From Somniosus microcephalus (lineage: Eukaryota): a stretch of 64,000 nucleotides of DNA. Every line of letters starts with the position of its first letter. Positions within the stretch are counted from its first letter, which is position 1. The notes under the pieces are model-generated. The model made no database searches. It was given only the letters and a program-made list of their open reading frames with translations, and had not been told where the DNA came from. The stretch spans positions 67,394,001-67,458,000 of the forward strand of contig CM126210.1 of NCBI GenBank assembly GCA_052327205.1, read 5' to 3'. Shown here piece by piece: positions 1 through 13,174 of this stretch. Both the position numbers and the translations under genes were made by a program.

Positions 1-642
1 ACAGCAATCGCGGATTTCCCCATGGTGCAGGGTGCCATTGACTGCACGCACGTGGCTTTGCGGGCGCCTGTATTGAATGCGGAGGAATTCCGCAAACGCA
101 AGGGGTTCCATTCCTTGAATGTCCAGCTGGTCTGTGACCACCGACAGCTGATCCTCGCAGTGAATGCGCAGTTCCCTGGCAGCAGCCACGACGCCTTCAT
201 CCTGCGCCAGACTGCTGTTGCAGACCTTTTTGAGGCCCCGGCTCACCCAGGAGGCTGGCTTCTCAGGGACAAGGGCTATCCTCTGTGCCCGTGGCTGATG
301 ACCCCACTCCGTTCGCCCAGCACCCCTGCTGAAGAACGCTACAATGCGAGCCATCAGGCGACGAGGAACATTGTGGAGCACACAATCGGCGTGCTGAAGC
401 AGCGGTTCCACTGTCTGGACCATTCCGGAGGAGCCCTGCAGTGCTCACCTGAGCGAGTCTCCCACTTCGTGGTTGTATGTTGCAAGCTGCATAACCTCGC
501 TATCCTACGTACCCAGCCAATGCCACCAGACATTGGAGCACCAGCAGAGGAGGAGGAGGAGGAGGAGGAAAAGGACCAAGACGGGAGGGAGGCACAAACT
601 GGAAGGGCCGTCCGTCAGAGGCTGATCAGAAGTCGCTTCTAG
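1..642 (+). CDS. Harbinger/HARBI1-like DDE transposase, C-terminal part, probably decaying
   Basis: Motifs GAIDCTH, RKGFHSLNVQLVCD, FPGSSHDAFI, DKGYP, YNASHQATRNIVE, RF.CL and CC.LHN, plus an acidic tail. The frame is open from base 1. Several normally conserved residues are substituted (LLRDKGY for LLGD, VEHT for VERT). Confidence 0.92.
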   Translation, partial: TAIADFPMVQGAIDCTHVALRAPVLNAEEFRKRKGFHSLNVQLVCDHRQLILAVNAQFPGSSHDAFILRQTAVADLFEAPAHPGGWLLRDKGYPLCPWLMTPLRSPSTPAEERYNASHQATRNIVEHTIGVLKQRFHCLDHSGGALQCSPERVSHFVVVCCKLHNLAILRTQPMPPDIGAPAEEEEEEEEKDQDGREAQTGRAVRQRLIRSRF

Positions 643-754
643 GCCCCTCTCAGGGAATGCTTGCTGCCATTCCAAGAGCAGGAATGGAACCGTTCTGCTA
701 CCCCAAAGCCTGTGAAGGGCAAAATGAATGTAAATAGCAGACATGGCCATTGTA

Positions 755-774
755 AATAAAGAAAGTTGTTTATT
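755..774. terminator. Back-to-back polyadenylation signals of the two convergent Harbinger genes
   Basis: AATAAA at 755-760 on + and TTTATT at 769-774 (AATAAA on -), between the two stop codons. Confidence 0.55.
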
Positions 775-1276
775 TTACAAAATGTGCTTCCTTCCAGCAT
801 GACAAAGCAATGGCAACAGAAAGCAAAACTAACAGACTGCCACATAAGTTTCTCGCACACCCGGGAGACTGTCCAAAACATCACTAGCATTCAGACCAGC
901 ATCCTCGGCCTTGATTTCTACAAATTACAGGTATCAGCAGCACCTTCTACTTTTTCCCCCTCGATGGTGATCTGCTTCACTTGCGAGACTGGCCCCTTCC
1001 CTCCCTGCAGCTCCTCCGTAATGGGACCCCAGTGGCTGCACCAAGGCTGGGGGAGGCCTGCTGACTGTCCAAAAGCGCAGATGCCCCTGAGGGACAGCCT
1101 GGACGAGCTCTGGGCCTGGAGGGCCCAGCTGCTGACTGCTCCAACTCTGCATGGGTGGAAACAGTCTGTCCTACAGGTGGTGGCAGCTGCAGTGGAGACA
1201 TGCCAGTTGTGGCAACAGGAATGCTGTGATCCTGAGAGCGGACAGCAGCTCCCTGGTCAGCTGACACACTGGCACT

Positions 1277-2772
1277 CTAACGGGGCAGCACCGCAGCATG
1301 CGCAGCAATCGGCTGGTCCACAGATTGCTGGACTGCTGTGGTGCTGCAAGGGCCCCGGGTAATCCTGCCCGATCCAGCGAGGGTGGCAGCACTCAGCACT
1401 TGCGTGGCAGGTGCTAGTGCTTCGGTGAAGCCCTGGACAATCCTTTCCAGTGCTGTCCCGAAGTCCTGCGCACTCCTTGCCTGTGCTGTCCCGAAGTCCT
1501 GCACACTCCTTGCCTGTGCTGCACCGAAGTCTTGGACACTCCTTGCCAGTGTCTCGATGGATTCAGGCATCCTTGCCACTGCAGCCATGAGCTCAGTGTG
1601 CCTCAGCCCAGCCTGGGCGCTCATTTCTGCGAGGGCACGCACCTCTTCTGCGCTCTGTGCGGCAGCACTCGCAGCCTGACTCGCCCTCCAGGGAGACGGC
1701 CCCCGAACTTCCCTACCCCCCTTGCGTTGCTGCAGGCCGCTGGTTCCTGGAGCTGGTTCCTCCTCAGAGCATTCCACCCCGCTCCCCTCCAGGGAAGTAG
1801 TCTCCCCAGTCTGCAGAGGGGCTGGCTCGCCTGAAGGTGGTAGGGATGGTCCGGCTTCCTCCTGCTCGTTGCCTCCGGAGTCAGTGGCAGTGGCAGCTTG
1901 AGGGCCCGGCTCCCGAGCTGGTGATGCAGCATCTGAAAGCAGGGAGGTTGAAGAGTGGCTTTAGCGAAAGGACAGGATGGCAGCAAGGGATGCATGAGTG
2001 CTGCAATGCTCTGACTTGGGTCCACAGTGAAAAAGCATGCTGGTGGGGGGAACAAGTGGAAGGAGAGAGTTCAAAAAGGTGATGACCTTACCATCGCTGT
2101 GCACAATGGGGTCGGCAGCTCCAGTGGTGACGGGACCACTCATCCGGCTTGCAACAATCTGGTGGACTCGCTCCTCGAGGTCTGTGAGGGTCTGCAGGTG
2201 AGGCCGGCCTCCTCCGGTACGAAGCTGCTCCCTGCGGTTCCTGGCCAGCTTGGCCTGCAAGAGAAAGGACGGGAAGTGAAGAAACATGCTGCACTGAGCT
2301 GACATCACATGCCCCCCATGGTAGAATAGCCCTTACATTATGCACTGAGCTGACATCACATGCCCCCCATGGTAGAATAGTCCTTACATTATGCACTGAG
2401 CTGAATGTGCGTGTGTGTTTCCAGAAAGGGCCATGGGTGCTGGATGACAGCTGGCCATTGGGGCTTCGCTAACCCTCTGGCCATAAAGTGAGGTGCAGAT
2501 GGAGGGATGAAGAAGATGGTGAAAAAGGCACACACCCTAATAACCCGAGTGAGGTCGTTGAACTTCTTCCTGCATTGCACAGGAGTCCTGGGCACCATGC
2601 TGCTGGAGGTGACTCTTTGGGAAACCTCCCTCCAAACTCTGCGGTATTCGGTTGGATTAGGCCTCCTGCCATTCTCCGGGTACAGCACACCTCGCCGGCG
2701 CTCCACTGCGTCAACCAGAGCATTCAATGCCCCCTCGCTGAAGCACTGCGCTCTCTCCCTGACCCTCTCCAT
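1277..2772 (-). CDS. Harbinger Myb/SANT-like DNA-binding protein; exons 2772-2536, 2254-2092 and 1932-1277, about 351 aa
   Basis: Exon 1 reads FS..ALNALVDAVERRRGVLY...W.EVS.RV......RT..QCRKKFNDL (Myb/SANT trihelix) and exon 2 contains TGGG. GT-AG introns with polypyrimidine tracts in phases 0 and 1 join into one open frame. Confidence 0.85.
2290..2404. repeat. About 51-bp tandem duplication in intron 1 of the Myb-like gene
   Basis: tgcactgagctgacatcacatgccccccatggtagaatag.ccttacatta repeated about 2.2 times. Confidence 0.85.
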
Positions 2773-5700
2773 GTCTTGGAAGTTTTGGCCGCCACAGGTA
2801 GGTCACTGCCGAGTTTGAGGCCTACAAGGCGCAGTGTGTGACTGCAGATGAGAATCGATCCGCCCCATTAAGAGTTGGCCGACGCCAGCGTGTCTGGGTC
2901 AATTCGATTATTGACAGCGCCTGCGCTGCATCCGCCCGCGGAGAAATTGAGTTGTGCCGCCAGGTTAGCGCCTTAAGACTACCGTGCAGCGCCTGATTTA
3001 GCGCCGCGATCACCTTCAGGGGCGCTACAACCCAATATCGCGCGAGGTGGCGTGAATTTGCACCTGGTGCAAAACTTTGCACATCGCAAGTACTAGCGCC
3101 CCAAATGGGGCGACACACAATTTTTCCCCCAATGAATCACAGTCACCTTACACACTCATGCTGGTAGTGCACAGATCAATGAATCACACTCACTGATAGT
3201 GTACAGATAAATGAATCACACTCACCTTGCGCACTCACTGGCAGTGTACAGATCAATGGATCACAATCACCTTACTCACTCACTGGTAGTGTATAGATCA
3301 ACAAATCACACTCACCTTACACACTCACCGGCAGTGTACAGATCAAGGAATCACACTCAACATACACACTCATGTGAGCAGTGTAGGGGTCAATGAATCA
3401 CACTCACCTCACACACTCACAGATAGTGTAAAGATCACTTTACACACTGACTAGTAGGGTTTAGATCAATGAATCACACTCACCTTACACACTCATGCTG
3501 GTAGTGTACAAATCAATGACTCCCACTCACCTCACTGATTCACTGGCAGCTTACAGATCAATGAATCACACTCAGCTTACACACTTACTGGTGGTATACA
3601 GATCAATGGTTCACACTCTCCTTACACACTCACACTGTCAATGTATAAATCAATGAATCACACTAATCTTACACACTCATTGGTAGTGTACAGATCAATT
3701 AATCACACTCACGTTACACAACCACTAACATTGCACAAATCAATCAATCTTGCTCACATTACACACTCACGCAGCTAATGTACAGTTCAATGAATCACAT
3801 TTACCTTACACACTCACTGGAAGTGTACAGATCAATGAATTGCATTCACCTTACACACTCACTGGTAGTGTACATATCAATGAATCACACTCACCATACT
3901 CAATCACGTGGGTCGTGCACAGGTCAATGAATCAAACTCACCTTACATACTCACTGGTATTGTACAGATCAATGAATTGCACTCACCTTACACAATCACC
4001 AGTTGTATAAAAATCAATGAATCACACTCCCCTTACATACTCACATTGGTAGTGTACAAATCAATGAATAATATTCACATTACACACTCACTGATAATCT
4101 ACAGAACAAGGAATCACACTCACCTTGCACACTCACTGGCAGTGCACAGATCTATGAATTATATTCACCTTACACACTCACTGGTAGTGTACAAATGAAT
4201 GAATCACACTCATCTTGTACACTCGCTGGCAGTGTATGGATCAATCAATCACACTCACCTTACTTACTCACTGGCAGTGTATAGATCAATGAATTATACT
4301 CAGATTGCACACTCACTGGTAGTGTACAGATCAATGAATCATACTCACCTGAAACACTCACTGGTAGTGTACAGATCAATGAATCACATTCACCTTCCTA
4401 CTCACTGGTAGTGTATATATCAATAAATCACACTCACCTTACGCACACATGCTGGTAGTGTACAAATCAATAAAGCACACTCACCTTACACACTCACTGG
4501 TAGTGTACAGATCAATTAATCACACTCACCATACACACTCACGGGGGTAGTGTACAGGTCAATGAATCACTCTCACCTTACACACTCATGCAGGTAGTGT
4601 ACAGGACAAGGAAACACACCCACCTTACACACTCACTGGTAGTATACAGATCAATGGATTACTCTGACCATACACACTCACTGGTAGTGTACAGGTGAAT
4701 GAATCACACTCACCTTACACAATCATGATGGTAGTGTACAAATCAATGCATCACATTCACTTTACACACTGACTCGTAGTGTACAGATCAATGAATCACA
4801 TTCAACTTACACACTCATGCTGGTAGTGTACAGATCAATGAATCACACTCACTGGTAGTGTACAGATCAATTAATCACACTCACCTTGCACACTCACTGG
4901 AAGTGTACGGATCAATGAATCACACTCACTTTACACACTCACTGGTAGTGTATAGATCAATGAATCACACTCACCTTACACACTCACTGGCAGTGTATAG
5001 ATCAATGAATCACACTCACCTTGCACACTCACTGGTAGTGAACAGATCAATGAAACCCACTCATGTTACACACTCACTGACAGTGCACAGATCAAATAAT
5101 CATACTCACCTTCACACTCACTGGTAGTGTACAGGTCAATGAATCACACTCACATTACACACTCATGCTGGTAGTGTATAAATCAATGACTCACACTCAC
5201 CTTACACAATCACTGGTAGTGTACAGATCAATGAATCACACTCAACTTACACACTCATGCTGGTAGTGTACAGATCAATGTATCTCACTCACTGGTAGTG
5301 TACAAATCAATGAATCACACTCATCTTGCACATGCACTTGCAGTGTACGGACCAATGAACCACACTCACCTTACACACTCACTGGCAGTGTAGAGATCAA
5401 TGAATCACACTCAAATTACACACTCACTGAGAGTGCACAGATTGATGAATCATTCTCACCTTACACACTCACCGATAGTGTACAGATGAATGCAACATAT
5501 TCACCTTCACACTCACTGGTAGTGTGCAGATCAATAAATCAAACTCACCTTACCCACTCAGGCTGGTTGTGTACAGGTCAATGAATCACACTCCCATTAC
5601 ACACTCCCTGGTAGCCTACAGATCAATGATTCTCAATCAACATACACACTCACGCTGATAGTGTACCAATCAAAGATTTAACACTCACTATACACTCTCA

Positions 5701-8700
5701 CCGGTAGTGTACAGATCAATGAATCACACTCAGCTTACACACACACTGGCAGTGTACAGATCAATGAATCGCACTCATGTTACACATTCACTGGTAGTGC
5801 ACATATCAATGATTCCCACTCACTGTACACACTCAGTGGTAGCGTACAGATCAATGAATCACACTCACCTTACACACTCATCGGCAGTGGACTGATCAAT
5901 GAATCGCACTCACCTTACATACACACTGGAAGTGTACAGATCAATGAATCACACTCCCCTAACACACACGCTGGTTGTGTACAGATCAATGAATCACACT
6001 CACCTTACATACTCACACTGGTAGTGAACAAATCAATGAATCACACTCACATTACACACTTACTGGTAATCTAAAGATCAAGGAATGACACACACCTTGC
6101 ACAATCACAGGCAGTTTATTGATCAATGAATCACACTCACCTTACACAATCACTGGTATTGCATAGGTTAATGAATCACACTGACATTTCACACTCACTG
6201 GCGGTGTATAGATCAATGAATCATGCTTACCTGACACACTCACTGGTAGTGTACAGATCAATGATCCCATTCACCTTCACACTCACTGGTAGTGCACAGA
6301 GCAATAAATCATACTCACATTGCACACTCATGCTGGTAGTGTACAAATCAATGAATCACACTCACCTTGCACACTCATTGATAGTGTACCAGTCAATGAA
6401 TCGCACTCACCTTGCACACTCACGTGGGTAGAATACAGGTCAGTGAATCACACTCATCTTACACACTCACTGGTAGCATCCAGATCAATGAATTACACTC
6501 GCCTTAAACACTCACTGGTGGTGTACAGATCAATGAATTACACCCACCTTACACACTCATGCTGGTAGTGTACACATCAATGAATCACATTCACCTTACT
6601 GACTCACAGGTAGTGCAAAGATCAATAAATCACACTCACCTTACACACTCACTGGCAGTGTACAGCTCTATTAATCACATTCACCTTACACACTCCCTGG
6701 TAGTATACTGATCAATCATTCACATTCTTCTTACACCCTCACACTGATAATATACTGATCAATGAGTCACACTCACCTTACACTCTCACTGGCAGCTTAT
6801 GGATCAATGAATCATTCTAATCTTACACACTCACTGGTAGTGTACTGAACAATGAATCATACTCACATTACACACTTACCGACAGTGCACAGATCAATGA
6901 ATTATACTTATCTTACACACTAACTGATAGTGTACAGGTCAATGAATCACATTCACCTTCACAATCACTGGTAGTGTACAAATCAATGAATCACACTCAA
7001 CTTAAACACGCACAGGCAGTGTACAGATCAATGAATCACATTCAACTTACACATGCACGTGGGTAGTGCACAGGTGAATAAATCACATGCACCTTACACA
7101 CTCACTGGTAGTGTACAGATCAATGAATCACACTCAAATTACACACTCAAGCTTGTAGTGTACAGGTCAATGAATCACATTCACGTTACACACTCACTGG
7201 TAGTGCACAGATCAATGAATAATTCTCACCTTACACACTCACTGATAGTGTACAGATCAATGAATCATATTCAGCTTCACACTCACTGGTAGTGTACAGA
7301 TCAATAAATCAAACTCACCTTACTCACTCATGTTGGTAGTGTACAGATCAATGAATAACACACACCTTACGGACTAACTGGTGGTGTACAGATCAATGAA
7401 TCACACTCACCTTACACACTCACGTGGGTAGTGTACATGTTAATGAATCACACTCACCTTACACATTCAATGGTAGTGTACAGATCAATTAATTACACTC
7501 ACCTTGCACACTCACTGGTAGTGTACAGGTCAATGAATCACACTCACCTTACACACTCCCTGGTAGTACATAGAGCAATGATTCACACTCTCCTACACAC
7601 TCACGCTGGTAGTGTACAGATCAATGAATCACACTCATCTTACTCTCTCACTGGGACTGTACAGATCAACGAATTACATTCACTTTACACACGCACTGGA
7701 AGGGTAAAGATCAATGGATCACACTCACTGGTAGTATACAGATTAATGAATCACACTCACCTTGCACACTCACTGGCAGTGTATAGATCAATGAATCACA
7801 CTCACTTTACACTCTCACCGACAGTGCACAGATCAAAGAATCATGCTCACCTTACACCCTCACTGGCAGTATACAGATCGATGAATCACAGTCACCTTGC
7901 ACACTCACTTGCAGTGTACAGATCAAGGAATGACAATCACTGTCCACACTCGCTGGTAGTGTAGAGATCAATGAATCACATTCACCTTACACACTCACTG
8001 GCAGCATGCAAATCAATAAATCACACTCAGCTTACACACTCATTGGTAGTGTGCAGATCAATGAATCACACTCACCTTACAAAATCATGCTGGTGGTGTA
8101 AAAATCAATGACCCACACTCACCTTACACACTCAGTGATAATCTACTGATCAATGAATAACACTCACCTTAGACACTCACTGGTAGTGTACAAATGAATG
8201 AATCACACTCACCTTACACACCCACTGGCAGTGTATAGATCAATGAATCATACTCACCTGACAAACTCACTGGTAGTGTTCAGATCAATGAATCACATTC
8301 ACCTTCACACTCACTGGTAATGTACAGGTCAAGCAATCACACTCACCTTACACATTCACGCTGGTAGTGTACAAATCAAGGAATCACACTCACCTCACAC
8401 ACTCACTGGTAGTGTACAGATCAATGAATCACATTCACCTTACACACTCACGCAGGTAGTGTACGGGTCAATGATTCGTACTCACCTTACACACTCACAG
8501 ATAGTGTACAGATCAATGAATTACACTCACCTTACACACTTACTGGTAGGATTTAGATCAATGAATCACACTAAGCTTACACACTCATGCTGGTAGTGAA
8601 CAAATCAGCGAATCACACTCACCTCACTGATTCACTGGTAGTGTACAGATCAATGAGTCACACTCACCTTACACACTCACTGGCAGCATACAGATCAATG

Positions 8701-10030
8701 AATCACACTCAGCTTACACACTTACTGGTGGTATACAGATCAATGGTTCACACTCCCATTACACACTCACACTGGCAATGTATAAATCAATGAATCACAC
8801 TAATCTTACACACTCATTGGTAGTGTACAGATCAATGAATCACAATCACGTTACACACTCACTAACATTGCACAGATCAATCAATCTTGCTCACCTTACA
8901 CACTCACGCGGCTAGTGTACAGTTCAATGAATCACATTTACCTTACACACTCACTGGTAGTGTACAGATCAATGAATAGCATTTGCCTTACACACTCACT
9001 GGTAGTGTACATATCAATGAATCACACTCACCATACTCAATCACATGGGTCGTGCACAGGTCAATGAATCACACTCACCTTACATGCTCACTGGTAGTGT
9101 ACAAATCAATGAATTGCATTCAGCTTACACACTCACTGGTGGTGTACAGATCAACGAATCACACTCACGTTACACAATCACCGGTTGTATAAAAATCAAT
9201 GAATCACATGCTGCTTACTTACTCACACTGGTAGAGTACAAATCAATGAATAATACTCACATTACATGCTCACCGATAGTTTACAGAACAAGGAATCACA
9301 CTCACCTTGCACACTCACTGGCAGTTTATGGATCAATGAATCACACTGGCCTCACACACTCACTGGCAGTATATAGATCAGTGAATCACACTCATCTTAA
9401 ACACACTGGTAGTGTACAGAGGAATGAATCACACTCACCTTACACACTCAGGCTGTTAGTGTACAGATCACAGAATCACACTCATCTTACACACTCACTG
9501 GCAGTGTACGGATCAATCAACCACACTCACCTTCCTCGCTCACTGGTAGTATATAGATCAACGAATCACACTCACCTTACACTCTCATTGGCAGTGTATA
9601 GATCAATGAATTATACTCAGATTGGACACTCACTGGTAGTGTACAGATCAATGAATCATACTCACCTGACACACTCACTGGTAGTGTGCAGATCAATGAA
9701 TCACTTTCACCTTCATACTCACTGGTAGTGTACAAATCAATAAATCACACTCACCTTACAAACTCACTGGTAGTGCACAGAACAATGAATAACACGCACC
9801 ATACACATTCACTGGTAGTGTACAGATGAATGAATCACACTCAACTTATGCACACATGAGTAGTGTACATATTAATGAATCACACTCAACTTACACACTC
9901 ATGACTGCAGTGTACAAATCAATAAATCACACTCACCTTACAAACTCACTGGTAGTGTACAGATCAATGAATAACACTCACCTTACACACTGACGTGTGT
10001 AGTGTACAGGTCAATGAATCACTCTCACGT

Positions 10031-10976
10031 TGGAGAGCCCAGCCCCGTGTTACGCTCCTCTTGCTCTATGTGGGAATTTAGGGACACTGCCGGTGCCCCT
10101 GATGACCACGTGTGCCGGAAATGCATCCAGCTGCAGCTACTAGCAGACCGCATTGAGGCGCTGGAGCTGCGGGTGGATGGGTTGTTGAGCATTCACGATG
10201 CTGAGAGGGTCGTGGATAACACGTTTAGTGAGTTGGTCACACCGCAGGGTAGGGCTGCACAGGAAGAAAGGAAATGGGTGACCACCAGGCGGAGCAATAG
10301 AAGCAGGCAGGTAGTGCAGGAGACCCCTGTGACCATTCCCCTCTCAAACAGGTATACCGCTTTGGATACTGTTGAGGGGGATGACTCACCAGGGGAAGAC
10401 AGCAGCAGCCAACTTCCTGGCACTGGGGGTGCTCCTGCTGCCCAGGAAGGGAGGAAAAAGAGTGGGAGAGCAATAGTGGTAGGGGATTCTATAGTAAGGG
10501 GAACAGATAGGCGTTTCTGTGGCCATAGACGTGAATCCAGGATAGTTTGTTGCCTCCCTGGTGCCAGGGTCAAGGATGTCACTGAGCGGCTGCAGGGCAT
10601 TCTGGAGGGGGAGGGTGAACAGCCAGAGGTCGTGGTCCACATTGGTACCAACGACATAGGTAAAAAGAGGGATGAGGTCCTGCAGCAAGAATTTAGGGAG
10701 CTAGGTGGAAGATTAAAGAGCAGGACCTCAAAGGTTCTAATCTCTGGATTACTCCCGGTGCCACGTGCTAGTGAGTATAGGAATAGAAAGATAGAACAGA
10801 TGAATGCGTGGCTAAAGGGATGGTGCAGGAGGGAGGGCTTTAGTTTCCTGGATCACTGGGTCTGCTTCTGGGAAAGGTGGGACTTGTACAAGTCGGACGG
10901 TTTACACCTGAACCAGAGGGGGACCAATATCCTTGCAGGGAGGTTTGCTAGCACTGCTGGGGGGGGTTTAAACTAA
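10031..10976 (+). CDS. CR1 ORF1: Cys-rich Zn-finger, coiled coil and SGNH/GDSL esterase domain; 5' end missing
   Basis: CSMWE..VCRKC, LSNRY, GDSIVR, CLPGA, HIGTND, DGLHLN. Confidence 0.92.
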
Positions 10977-11077
10977 CTTGGCAGGGGGATGGGATACAGA
11001 GTGGAACTATAGTAGGGGGTGATTTACAGCCAAATACGGAGGAAAAAACAAGTCAGCTGGGAAGGTAGAGCAAATAT

Positions 11078-13174
11078 GTGAAGGCAAAAGGGAATATGGC
11101 AAGGCTGGAAGGCATTTATTTTAATGCAAGGAGTCTTGCAAACAAGGTGGATGAACTGAAGTTGTTGCTGAACACATGGGAGTACGATATTGTTGCTATC
11201 ACGGAGACATGGTTGAGGGAGGGTCAGGACTGGCAGCTCAATATTCCGGGGTATAGAATCTTCAGGCGAGATAGAGGGGGGTGTAAAAGGGGAGGGGGTG
11301 TTGCAATATTAATTAAGGAATCAATTACTGCTGTAAGGAGGGATGATATATTAGCGGGTTCCTCTAATGAGGCCATATGGGTAGAACTTAAAAACAAAAA
11401 GGGGGCAAGCACTTTGCTGGGAGTGTACTATAGGCCCCCGAACAGTCAGGGGGAGATAGAGGAACAGATATGTAGGCAAATCTCAGAGAAGTGCGAAAAT
11501 AATAGGGTAATAATAGTGGGGGATTTCAACTTCCCCAATATTAATTGGGATAGTCAGAGTGTGAAAGGCTTAGAGGGTGCAGAATTCTTAAAGTGCATCC
11601 AGGAGAGCTTTTTGAGCCAACATGTAGAAAGTCCTACAAGAGAGGGGGCGGTACTGGACCTAATTCTAGGGAATGTGGCCGGGCAAGTGGTGGAAGTGTC
11701 AGTAGGAGAGCATCTTGGCGACAGTGACCATAATTCGGTGAGATTTAAGGTGGTCATGGAAAAAGACAAAGACGGCCCGGAAATAAGGGTTCTAAATTGG
11801 GGAAAGGCCGATTTTAATATGATAAGGCAGGATCTGGCCAAAGTGGACTGGGAGCAGCTACTTATAGGAAAATCCACATCAAAGCAGTGGGAGACTTTCA
11901 GAAGGGAAATAGAGAGAGTACAACGCCAACATGTTCCTGTAAAGGTCAAGGGTGGGACCAACAAGCAAAGGGAACCTTGGATGACAAGGGATATACAAAA
12001 ATGCATTAGGAAAAAAAGGGGGGCTTTTGGCAGTTACAAAAGACTAAAGACAGAGGAAGCCCTAGAGGAGTATAAAAAGTGCAGGGGCATACTTAAAAAA
12101 GAAATTAGGAGGGCCAGGAGGGGCCATGAAATAACACTGGCGAGCAAAATAAAGGAAAATCCTAAGATGTTTTATAAGTATATTAAGGGCAAGAGGATAA
12201 CCAGGGAAAGGGTAGGGCCCATTAGGGACCAAAGTGGCAATCTGTGTGTAGAGCCAGATGATGTAGGCAGGGTTTTAAATGAATTTTTTGCATCTGTGTT
12301 CACTATGGAGAAAGACGATGTAGACATAGAAATCGGGCAAGGGGACTGTGACATACTTGAACATATTAGCATCGAGAGGGAGGAGGTACTAGCGGTTTTA
12401 GCAGGCCAAAAAGTGGATAAATCCCCAGGCCCAGACGAGATGTATCCCAGGCTGTTGTGTGAGGCAAAGGAGGAGATTGCAGGGGCTCTGACACAAATTT
12501 TCAGAACCTCTCTGGCCACAGGGGATGTACCAGAGGACTGGAGAACAGCTAACGTAGTACCATTATTCAAGAAGGGTAGCAGGGATAAACCAGGGAATTA
12601 CAGGCCAGTGAGCCTAACATCTGTGGTAGGGAAATTATTGGAAAAAATTCTGAGGGACAAAATTAGTCTCCACTTGGAGAGGCAAGGATTAATCGGGGAT
12701 AGTCAGCATGGCTTTGTCAAGGGTAAATCATGTCTGACCAATCTGATTGAATTTTTCGAGGGGGTGACTAGGTGTGTGGATGAGGGAAATGCTGTGGATG
12801 TGGTTTACATGGATTTCAGTAAAGCTTTTGACAAAGTCCCGCATAGGAGACTGGTCAAGAAGGTAAGAGCCCATGGGATCCAGGGTGCCTTGGCGCGTTG
12901 GATCCTAAACTGGCTGAGTGGCAGGAGGCAGAGGGTGATGGTCGAAGGTTGCTTTTGTGACTGGAAGCCTGTGTCCAGTGGGGTACCTCAGGGATCGGTG
13001 CTGGGACCCTTGCTGTTTGTGATCTACATAAATGATTTGGATGAGAATGTAAAAGGTATGATCAGTAAGTTTGCAGATGACACGAAAATTGGTGGGGTGG
13101 TAAATTGCGAGGAGGAAAGCCTCAGGCTACAGGACGATATAAACGGGTTGGTCAGATGGGCGGAAAAGTGGCAA
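11078..13174 (+). CDS. CR1 ORF2 (APE endonuclease plus reverse transcriptase), C-terminally truncated and reading on into the satellite to 13447
   Basis: NARS, ITETW, YRPP, GDFN, SDH (APE); KSPGPD, NYRPVSLTS, DFSKAFD, GVPQGSVLGP, FADD (RT). No internal stops. Confidence 0.95.

Larger units (their letters stand above)
1..3130. mobile_element. PIF/Harbinger DNA transposon, autonomous-type structure; left part lies outside the window
   Basis: Convergent DDE transposase (+) and Myb/SANT gene (-). A CpG-rich subterminal region (2850-3120) ends in AATTTTTCCCCC (TIR 5'-GGGGGAAAAATT), followed directly by AAT of the satellite. Confidence 0.9.
10031..13174 (+). mobile_element. CR1 LINE truncated at both ends, embedded in the satellite
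   Basis: ORF1 (Zn finger plus SGNH esterase) followed by ORF2 (APE-RT). It ends shortly after FADD...WAEKWQ with no 3' UTR or tail. Confidence 0.95.

Noticed and set aside
1-642. Host gene HARBI1
   Set aside because: It is paired with a Myb-like gene and a TIR, abuts a satellite, and has decayed conserved residues, so it is a transposon copy.
766-1362. 198-aa + strand ORF
   Set aside because: No recognisable domain, and it is antisense to the 3' region of the Myb-like gene.
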